A model generated the notes under the pieces. It was not told where the DNA came from. It did no database searches and saw only the letters and a list, made by a program, of their open reading frames with translations. DNA of 20,344 nt from Fusobacteriota bacterium (lineage in GTDB: Bacteria; Fusobacteriota; Fusobacteriia; Fusobacteriales; JBNJFI01): the NCBI GenBank assembly GCA_051746725.1, contig JBNJFI010000032.1:1-20344 (forward strand), read 5' to 3'. The number at the start of each line of letters is the position of its first letter. Position 1 is the first letter of the stretch. Positions 8,594 to 15,843 of this stretch are shown one piece after another. The translations under genes and the position numbers were made by a program.

Positions 8594-11500
8594 TTATATT
8601 CCAAACTCAGAATCAATTTGTTGTTCTCCATCTTCATTTTCTTTTCTGTGCAGTAATAATTTTTTATCTGGAAAGGCTGTTATCCAAAATTTGAAAGTCC
8701 ATACAGTATCGTATTCTTCATCTGTTTTATTCCAATCTCTTTCAATCCCAATCTCAAAATCTGTACAGTGTATTTTATGACCTATATTTATTCCATAATC
8801 AGTAATTCTATTTTCATCATCTTCGATTATATCATTAAAAGTTATGTCATATCCAACATTCCATTCATAATCTTTTTTGCCAAAATAATATTTAAAACTT
8901 TGAGTATGTTTTTTTAAAGTAAGCTCCGACGTATTATCAGTATTGTCTATATCTCTGTTTTGAGTATAGCTATAATTAAATTCTTTCCTCTTATATTTAG
9001 CTTTTAATCTTATTTTCAAGTTAGTTAAACTATCTAAATATTTATTATTTTTATTATACTCTTTATTATGGTCTAAATCTAGATTAAAAATAAATTCCTT
9101 ACTTTCATCATCGTCTTCTTCTATTTCATCTTCAGTTAATCCCATTAAATTAAATCCTAAATCTTTTCTCTTATCTTCCTGTAAAATTCTTTCGATTTCA
9201 GCTCGCTCTTCTTCTCCTAGTTCTAAAAAATCATCCTCTTCTTTAACTTCTTCTTCCTCTTCTTCTGTTACTTCACCTTTATCTAAATATTTAAAGTTAA
9301 AATCAAATTTCCCATTGGAGTTATTTTCCACTATTTTATCCTCAATATCTCTATATATCACTTCGAATTCCTTGGTTATTTCATCGCCCATATTGTGTTT
9401 TATTTTGTATTCAGTCGTCTCTGTTTCGGATTTTATCTCAAAGTCATCATCTTTAGTAGATTTTTCCTTAGTTCTCCTTGTTCCAATTGAATATTTAAAA
9501 TCCCAATCTTCTAAACCATACGAAAAACCTTTATCATCATTTTCTGTAACTTTTTTGGTAAATTTATCTTCACCTTCTCCTGAGCTATCTCTTCTAACAT
9601 CTAAAGTACTATCAAAACCAATTTTTTTATCAAAGGCATTTACGTTTATTCCTATATCATCTTTTTTTCTTTTATTATATCCATCTTCTTCATATTCATA
9701 TAAATTATCTACATCTAATTTAAACTTTCTTTTATTATCTAGTTTAAATTCTATGCCATTGGAAATATCTTTTTTCTTAAGCCATTCTTCTTTAAACGCA
9801 TCATGATTTTTACTTAGTACAAAATCATATTTTGTACTTGTATTTCCCAAATCAATATTAAAAGTTTCTGTATATTTTTTGGTCATCTCTTTTCGCGTTA
9901 ATCTTTCTTCTTTTACTTCTTCAGCAGACATGCCATCTTCGGTTAAATCTCTTTCTCCTAAATCATAATTAAAAAATTTATGTTCATATCCTATATTATT
10001 TGTAAGTTTTAAATCAACGTTTCGAGAATAATCACTTTTATTATCATACACAACTTGATTTTGTTTAACTTTATAAAAATGTTCTTCTAATTCATCTTTT
10101 TCAATAAACCAATCTTTTCGTAATTTATATTCTGCATTTAAGTCATCTAAAACATATAACGGGATTTTAGAATCAGATAAACTTAACGTTAAATATGATG
10201 AATCTTCATCTATTTCATCTCCGTTATCTTCTTTTTCATATTCTATATTTTGACCTACTCCAATTTTTAAAGTTCTTGAAGTATGTTTTAAAGTAAAATT
10301 TGCATTTTCGTCTTGTTCTTTTTTTTCAATAATTGTAGCTTGATTAAAATACTCACCATCAGCATTTTTATCTCGATTTAATAGATCATGGCTATCTTTT
10401 TTGTGAAAATCCATTCCCCATTTGAATTTCGTATCTAAAATATTATAATTTCCTAGTTTTAGATCATATTCTTCTAGTTTTTTAAAATCGTATTGCTTAA
10501 TAGTCTTTAGATCATATCCTAAATCTTCTTCTTTTGCTTGAATAACTGAATCATTTTCCTGTTCGGATAAACTCAACTTTTTCCAAACATCCTTATCCTC
10601 TATATTATAATGCATATCTATTTTATAAGTTTTTAAATTAACTTGGTATTCTTGCTTGTCTTTATACGAAAGAGTATCTGAGCTATGACTTCCTGGATCT
10701 AAATCAGAGATATTTTCATAATGACCAAAAAGCTTATGTCTTCTGTTATCTTTTGTCAGTTTCAAAATTGTTCTCAAATCATTATCAAATTCTTCTTGAT
10801 CATCTAAATCTTCTAAGGCGTCATCAATTAACTGTTTCACTAAGTTCTCACTATTGGTGTATTCTATATCAACATTACCTGATATATCATCACTGGGACC
10901 AAGTTTTTTAAAATCCCCTTTTAATTTTGCTCTTATAAGTTTTTTTTCATTTGTTTTGCTTTTGCCCTCTTGATCATCGGCTTTTAATTCATTGATTGTA
11001 TTAGTTGATTCATTTTTGTAATCCCAATCAAAATCTTGATTTTCCTCTTTATGTTTATGGGTCCATTGAAATTTCCACTGTTCTTCGAAATCTCCCTTTG
11101 GAATTATAAATGTATCTCTTAAAGTTAATTTCCCTGTACTTTTATCTGTTATTTCATAAGCATTTTCCCAACTATTAATAAGCAATCCTTGTTTTTCACT
11201 CCATTTTAAAGCTAAACTACCATTTAAATATTGAGATTCTCTTCCATAATCAAGTCCCCATATAATATATTTACCAAATTCCTCATCACTCCCTATTTTA
11301 GGAAATAATGGAGCTTTTGTTTTTTTCTTTAAGGAAGATATGTATATAGGGAACCACATAACAGGATATTTCCCAATATATAAAAATGTATTATAAGCAA
11401 TTATTTTATCTCCTGGATATATTTTTAAAGTTTTTGTCTTAAATTTATAATGGGTGTGTTCTTCTTCATTAGAACATGTTGTAAAGTATGAATTGGTTGC

Positions 11501-11881
11501 TTCAACTTCATCTGGAAATTCCGCAACAATTTTTTCACCACCATAATATACATCATCAGTAAATGATTTCCCATCGTATATCTTGGCTATTTTAGTATCT
11601 AAATTTACATCTATAGAATCTGCTTCAACTGTATTTTCACCTTGATTAAATATTACCTTGTCATAAGCCTTTAGTTCATTTTTGTCATCCTCTTTTTTGA
11701 TACGGTTAGCTTGTATCTTAATATCTTCATACTGTAATTTCAAACCATCTTCTGCATAAAATTCCTCATTTTCGAAATCAACTTGCACATTTCCTGATAC
11801 AGCTTCTATGTTTTCACTTGCTCCATAAGTCAAACTAGATATCAAAAAAATGAAAAAATATATTGTACTCTTTTTCAACAT
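8594..11881 (-). CDS. lptD: LptD/OstA-like outer-membrane LPS-assembly protein (long form, 1095 aa)
   Basis: Signal peptide, then an OstA-type beta-jellyroll region (IQANRI..., VEADSI, YFTTCS...HYKF...KIYPGDKI...YPVMWFP). A long region of alternating beta-strand-like sequence follows, with a second Cys (KIHCT) near the C-terminus. Confidence 0.75.
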   Translation of the reverse strand: MLKKSTIYFFIFLISSLTYGASENIEAVSGNVQVDFENEEFYAEDGLKLQYEDIKIQANRIKKEDDKNELKAYDKVIFNQGENTVEADSIDVNLDTKIAKIYDGKSFTDDVYYGGEKIVAEFPDEVEATNSYFTTCSNEEEHTHYKFKTKTLKIYPGDKIIAYNTFLYIGKYPVMWFPIYISSLKKKTKAPLFPKIGSDEEFGKYIIWGLDYGRESQYLNGSLALKWSEKQGLLINSWENAYEITDKSTGKLTLRDTFIIPKGDFEEQWKFQWTHKHKEENQDFDWDYKNESTNTINELKADDQEGKSKTNEKKLIRAKLKGDFKKLGPSDDISGNVDIEYTNSENLVKQLIDDALEDLDDQEEFDNDLRTILKLTKDNRRHKLFGHYENISDLDPGSHSSDTLSYKDKQEYQVNLKTYKIDMHYNIEDKDVWKKLSLSEQENDSVIQAKEEDLGYDLKTIKQYDFKKLEEYDLKLGNYNILDTKFKWGMDFHKKDSHDLLNRDKNADGEYFNQATIIEKKEQDENANFTLKHTSRTLKIGVGQNIEYEKEDNGDEIDEDSSYLTLSLSDSKIPLYVLDDLNAEYKLRKDWFIEKDELEEHFYKVKQNQVVYDNKSDYSRNVDLKLTNNIGYEHKFFNYDLGERDLTEDGMSAEEVKEERLTRKEMTKKYTETFNIDLGNTSTKYDFVLSKNHDAFKEEWLKKKDISNGIEFKLDNKRKFKLDVDNLYEYEEDGYNKRKKDDIGINVNAFDKKIGFDSTLDVRRDSSGEGEDKFTKKVTENDDKGFSYGLEDWDFKYSIGTRRTKEKSTKDDDFEIKSETETTEYKIKHNMGDEITKEFEVIYRDIEDKIVENNSNGKFDFNFKYLDKGEVTEEEEEEVKEEDDFLELGEEERAEIERILQEDKRKDLGFNLMGLTEDEIEEDDDESKEFIFNLDLDHNKEYNKNNKYLDSLTNLKIRLKAKYKRKEFNYSYTQNRDIDNTDNTSELTLKKHTQSFKYYFGKKDYEWNVGYDITFNDIIEDDENRITDYGINIGHKIHCTDFEIGIERDWNKTDEEYDTVWTFKFWITAFPDKKLLLHRKENEDGEQQIDSEFGI

Positions 11882-12002
11882 ATATTACCCCTTATATTTT
11901 GGTCTAATTCTTTGTATTTTTTAATAGATTACCATATAATTAAGTTCTTTTTATTGTAAGTTTAAGTTTATTTTGTTTATTGACTTCCCTTATAAATAAT
12001 TC

Positions 12003-12680
12003 TTATTCTAATAATCTATAACCATAACCTGTTACCGTTTTTAAGTTTATATCAATTGGCGGAAATTTTCTCTTTAATTTAGATATATATATATCGATAC
12101 TTCTATCTTCTGGAAAAAAAGTTTTGTTCCAAACATTTCTCATTATTTTTGGCCGTGTTAATAATTTTTTCCTATTATCGATTAAATACAGCAATAATCT
12201 ATATTCCATTTTAGTTGTTTCTATTAACCTGGAATTATAATAACACACCTTATTTTTTCTATCAACATATATATCTTTATATTCTGTTTTAACTTCTTTA
12301 CTTCTTTCTATTAATACTCTCTTTTTTATGTTTTTAATTCTGAGTCGCATTTCTTGTAAATTAAAAGGTTTTCTTAAATACCCTTCTGCTCCATATTCAA
12401 AAGCCTCATTAACCTTGGTTTGATCAGAAATGGCAGTTACCATGTATACTATCGGAGTTAGATTTTCTCCTCTTTTCTTTTTTATCTGCTTACACAAAAG
12501 TAACCCATCCATATCCGGAAGTCCTATATCTAAAATTACTAAATCTACATTATTTAGATCACATTGTTCTATAAAATCATATCCCAAGTCAAACTCCATA
12601 ACTTCGAATTCTTCATTTTTCAAAATCTCGCAAATTAATTTTCGAACACTATCTTGATCTTCTACTATAGCTGCTTTCAT
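12003..12680 (-). CDS. OmpR/PhoB-family DNA-binding response regulator, 225 aa
   Basis: Receiver motifs IVED, ILDIGLPDMDG, MVTA and YLRKPF; winged helix SIDIYISKLKRK...TVTGYGYRL. Start moved from GTG 12689 to ATG 12680 because AAGGAG (12694-12689) is the RBS. Confidence 0.93.
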   Translation of the reverse strand: MKAAIVEDQDSVRKLICEILKNEEFEVMEFDLGYDFIEQCDLNNVDLVILDIGLPDMDGLLLCKQIKKKRGENLTPIVYMVTAISDQTKVNEAFEYGAEGYLRKPFNLQEMRLRIKNIKKRVLIERSKEVKTEYKDIYVDRKNKVCYYNSRLIETTKMEYRLLLYLIDNRKKLLTRPKIMRNVWNKTFFPEDRSIDIYISKLKRKFPPIDINLKTVTGYGYRLLE

Positions 12681-12717
12681 CCTATTCACTCCTTAACAAC
12701 ATGTTAAATCCCTTGTT

Positions 12718-12746
12718 ATTATACCATTATGTCATTTTTATGTAAA
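12718..12746 (-). promoter_or_regulatory. Putative promoter of the response regulator gene
   Basis: Minus strand TTTACA (12746-12741) - 17 nt - TATAAT (12723-12718) with an extended -10 TG. Confidence 0.65.
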
Positions 12747-12775
12747 GTACTAAAACAATTTTTATCAAATTTTAC

Positions 12776-12804
12776 TTTACAAATTGACTTTTTCATAGTA
12801 AAAT
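12776..12804 (+). promoter_or_regulatory. Putative promoter of the DRTGG-PHP-HATPase operon
   Basis: TTTACA (12776-12781) - 17 nt - TAAAAT (12799-12804), back-to-back with the response-regulator promoter. Confidence 0.5.
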
Positions 12805-12860
12805 TAATTAAGGCTTTATAATTTTGTAATCACACATCAAGTTAAAGAAAGGAGAATATT

Positions 12861-13193
12861 TTGAAATTAAAAACTATTATAGAAAAAATAGATTGTGAAC
12901 CTTTAATTGTTCCAAATCAAGACCAAGAGATAAAAGAGGGATATGTATGCGATCTTTTAAGTGAAGTGATGGGAAAAGCAAAAAAGGGGATGATTTGGAT
13001 TACAGTACATAAAAATCTAAATGTAGTAGGAGTTGCTTCAATGTTAGACTTGCCTGCAATTATAATTACAGAGGGACATACTCCCAATGAAAATTTTATT
13101 AACAAAGCAAAAAATGAAGGAATCTCAGTTCTTCTCTCTGATAAAAATTCCTTTGAAATTACCAATCAATTATATGAATTAGGTATAAAATAA
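12861..13193 (+). CDS. Stand-alone DRTGG-domain (HPr-kinase N-terminal-like) protein
   Basis: GYVCDLLSEVM...IWITV..NLNVVGVASML...AIIITEG pattern of the small DRTGG proteins found in anaerobe hydrogenase gene clusters. TTG start with AAAGGAG RBS. Confidence 0.8.
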   Translation: MKLKTIIEKIDCEPLIVPNQDQEIKEGYVCDLLSEVMGKAKKGMIWITVHKNLNVVGVASMLDLPAIIITEGHTPNENFINKAKNEGISVLLSDKNSFEITNQLYELGIK

Positions 13194-13918
13194 TGAGGTA
13201 TTTAGCAGATTTACATATACACTCTGTTTTATCTCCCTGTGCAGATCTTCTAATGGTACAGGAAAACATCTTTAAAAAGCTTAAAGAAAATAATATTAAA
13301 ATTTTTTCAATTACAGACCATAATTCCAATGGAAATTCTAAAGTTTTTCAAAAAAGGGCGGAAAAAGAAGGAATTCTCTTTATCCCTGGCATTGAAATTG
13401 CCACTATTGAAGAGATACATATATTAGGATATTTTAAAAATTTAGAAGATCTAAAATCTGTAAAAGAAAAAATTTATAAAAATCTACCAGATATGAAAAA
13501 TAGAGAAGATATCTTTGGTTATCAACTACTCCTCGATGAAAATGATGATTTCGTGGAAAAAGAAGAAGCTTTTTTGGCATCTGCAACTAATATTGGCATC
13601 GATGAAGTTTTTGATATTATAAAAAAAAATAATGGGCTTGCTGTTCCTGCTCATCTGGATAAAACCAACAGTATTATTTCCAATCTGGGATATATCCCAG
13701 AGTTAGAATTTGATGCTTTCGAAATATATATAAAGGAAAAAGTCCAAAAATTCAAAAAAAAATACTCTTTGGGAGATAAAATTCTCTCTTCTTCTGATGC
13801 GCATTTTCCTCATAGTATTAAAAAACCAAAATTAGAATTTGATCTAAAAGATTTATCAATTAATGCCTTTTTTGAGGCTTTCAAAAAAGGTAATTTCAAA
13901 ATCATAAAAGGAGATTAA
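13193..13918 (+). CDS. PHP-domain metal-dependent phosphoesterase
   Basis: DLHIHSVLSPC, ITDHN, PGIE, EEIHILG, PAHLD and SSDAH give a full set of PHP metal ligands. TAATG stop/start overlap with the upstream gene. Confidence 0.9.
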   Translation: MRYLADLHIHSVLSPCADLLMVQENIFKKLKENNIKIFSITDHNSNGNSKVFQKRAEKEGILFIPGIEIATIEEIHILGYFKNLEDLKSVKEKIYKNLPDMKNREDIFGYQLLLDENDDFVEKEEAFLASATNIGIDEVFDIIKKNNGLAVPAHLDKTNSIISNLGYIPELEFDAFEIYIKEKVQKFKKKYSLGDKILSSSDAHFPHSIKKPKLEFDLKDLSINAFFEAFKKGNFKIIKGD

Positions 13919-13920
13919 CA

Positions 13921-14481
13921 ATGAGAAGTATTGCTGACCATATACAAGATATAGCATATAATTCCATAAAAGGAAATGCTGATAATATTGACTTAATTTT
14001 AGATTTTAATGATAAGAAAAAAACTTTTTCTTTTAAAATCATTGATGATGGAGACGGAATACCAGAAGATAAATTAAAACATATATTTGACCCTTTCTAT
14101 ACGACTCGAAACAAAAAAGTTAGAAAGGTTGGTATGGGGCTTCCATTATTAAAACAAAATTCTGAGCTCACAGGAGGACACGTTGATATAAAATCTAAAG
14201 TTGATAAAGGGACGACCCTTTTTTGCAAATTTAATACAAATAATATCGATATGTTAGAGTTTGGAAATGTTCCTTCTACTATTGTTTCTCTTATAACTGC
14301 AGATGATAATATTAATTGGAATATCCAGATTATACATAATGGCAAAAAAGATTCTATTTCTACAAAAGACTTAAAGGATATTCTCGGTTCTGATATATCT
14401 TTAAGTCATGTAAAAGTTATTCCAATTTTAAAAAATATTTTCAAAGATATGTTTGACGCCTTGGATTTAAATCTAGAATAA
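13921..14481 (+). CDS. Stand-alone GHKL/HATPase_c ATP-binding protein (histidine-kinase-like ATPase fold, no HisKA or sensor domain)
   Basis: N box DIAYNSI, G1 DDGDG, F box FDPFYTT, G2 GMGLPL and terminal KGT. The ATP-binding fold starts at the N-terminus. AAGGAG RBS lies in the end of the PHP gene. Confidence 0.88.
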   Translation: MRSIADHIQDIAYNSIKGNADNIDLILDFNDKKKTFSFKIIDDGDGIPEDKLKHIFDPFYTTRNKKVRKVGMGLPLLKQNSELTGGHVDIKSKVDKGTTLFCKFNTNNIDMLEFGNVPSTIVSLITADDNINWNIQIIHNGKKDSISTKDLKDILGSDISLSHVKVIPILKNIFKDMFDALDLNLE

Positions 14482-14505
14482 ATTATATTTAAGAAAATAA
14501 AATAC

Positions 14506-14534
14506 TTGACTTTTTTGCTAATATATGATAATAT
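14506..14534 (+). promoter_or_regulatory. Putative promoter of trxA
   Basis: TTGACT (14506-14511) - 17 nt - TAATAT (14529-14534) with an extended -10 TG at 14526-14527. Confidence 0.6.
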
Positions 14535-14568
14535 TCTAATATAATAAAATAAAACAGGAGGTAATAAT

Positions 14569-14889
14569 ATGAGTAATGTTATAAAAGCAAATGATAGTAA
14601 TTTCGATGAATTAGTTAATGAAAGTAAGGAAACTGTGGTTGTGGATTTTTGGGCAGAATGGTGTGGACCTTGTAAGATGATAGCACCAATTTTAGATGAA
14701 TTATCTACAGAACTAGATAATATTAAGATTTTAAAAGTAAATGTCGATAATAATCAAGCGACTGCTGCAAAATTTGGTATAAGAAGTATCCCAACTTTAT
14801 TAGTTTTTAAAGATGGAGAAAAAGTTGACCAAATAGTTGGAGCTATGCCAAAAGAAGCATTAAAAGCTAAGCTTAATCCCTATTTATAA
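14569..14889 (+). CDS. trxA: Thioredoxin
   Basis: [16 protein letters not shown] active site, SIPT cis-Pro loop, 106 aa, AGGAGG RBS. Confidence 0.97.
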   Translation: MSNVIKANDSNFDELVNESKETVVVDFWAEWCGPCKMIAPILDELSTELDNIKILKVNVDNNQATAAKFGIRSIPTLLVFKDGEKVDQIVGAMPKEALKAKLNPYL

Positions 14890-14902
14890 AAATAATTCAT
14901 TC

Positions 14903-14944
14903 AAAAAAGCTCCAGATACATTAAATGTATCTGGAGCTTTTTTT
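14903..14944. terminator. Bidirectional intrinsic terminator between convergent trxA and the znuA-like gene
   Basis: Perfect 20-bp inverted repeat AAAAAAGCTCCAGATACATT-A-AATGTATCTGGAGCTTTTTT, giving a U-tract on both strands. Confidence 0.92.
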
Positions 14945-14975
14945 ATTTATAATACCAAAATATACCAAATTGTTT

Positions 14976-15830
14976 CTAATTTTCTGATATTATCTTTGAA
15001 ATCTCTCGTAAATTTTCCATCCAATCAACAGCTAAAGGATCTAAATGTAATACAGTCCCACCTATTTCATCTGCTATAACTGAAGCACTTTTAGTATCGA
15101 ACTGTTTTTGAACTATAATTGTATTTATATTTTCCTCTCTAGCTTTGTCCACTGTTTCTTTTATAATAATGGGACTTGGAGCTTTCCCATCTACTTCAAT
15201 TGCTATTTGTTCAAAATTATAATCTCTAGCTAAATATCCCCAAGAAGGATGATATACTAAAATTTTATCATTTTTTATCTTAGAAAAGTAATCCTTGAGA
15301 TCAGAATCTAACTCATCAATCTCATTTATAAGATTATTATAATTTTTGGTATAAAACTCAGTATTTCCACTATCTTTTTTGATAATAGCATCTTTTATAA
15401 CTTTAACCTGTTTTTTTACTTCACTAGGAGAAAGCCAAATATGAGGATCGATTTTATTACCTTTTTTAATGAGATCCACATTTTTAGAAGTATCAATTAT
15501 CTCCATATCTTCATTTAAACCTTGAATTTTATCCATATAATTGGACTCAAATGGAATATAACCTATTTTAAAATACAAAAAAGATTCAGCTAATTCAGTC
15601 ATCTGCTTTGGAGCTGGATCATAAGTAGCTGGACTTGATCCAGGTGGTATCACTACATTTATATCGAATTTATTTCCTACTATTTTTTGCACAAAATATT
15701 TCTGTGGTAAAATACTAACTGATATAACCTTTTTTGAACTTTCTTCTTTTGGTTTTTCTTTTCGGTTCATCCAAAATACTAATCCAACTGCAATTAATAT
15801 AATTATTATGGTTATTCTTTTTTTCAACAT
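14976..15830 (-). CDS. Zn/Mn ABC transporter substrate-binding protein (ZnuA/TroA family)
   Basis: VSILPQKYFVQKI, IPPGSSPATYDP, DPHIWLSP, VYHPSWGYLARDY and LDPLA motifs; N-terminal hydrophobic anchor; GGAGG RBS; starts 13 bp after the proS stop. Confidence 0.88.
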   Translation of the reverse strand: MLKKRITIIIILIAVGLVFWMNRKEKPKEESSKKVISVSILPQKYFVQKIVGNKFDINVVIPPGSSPATYDPAPKQMTELAESFLYFKIGYIPFESNYMDKIQGLNEDMEIIDTSKNVDLIKKGNKIDPHIWLSPSEVKKQVKVIKDAIIKKDSGNTEFYTKNYNNLINEIDELDSDLKDYFSKIKNDKILVYHPSWGYLARDYNFEQIAIEVDGKAPSPIIIKETVDKAREENINTIIVQKQFDTKSASVIADEIGGTVLHLDPLAVDWMENLREISKIISEN

Positions 15831-15843
15831 GGTTTCCTCCAGA

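Noticed and set aside
3989..9806. Plus-strand ORFs 3989-4186 and 9315-9806
   Set aside because: Ser/Leu/Phe-rich antisense readings of Glu/Lys/Asp-rich codons in the lipoprotein and LptD-like genes; a typical artefact in AT-rich DNA.
12430..14345. Antisense ORFs 12430-12657 (+), 12917-13165 (-) and 14097-14345 (-)
   Set aside because: Each is fully contained opposite a well-supported gene.
13921..14481. Calling the HATPase the cognate sensor histidine kinase of the OmpR regulator
   Set aside because: It has no HisKA/DHp domain, sensor or transmembrane segment; it is only the ATP-binding fold plus a short C-terminal extension.
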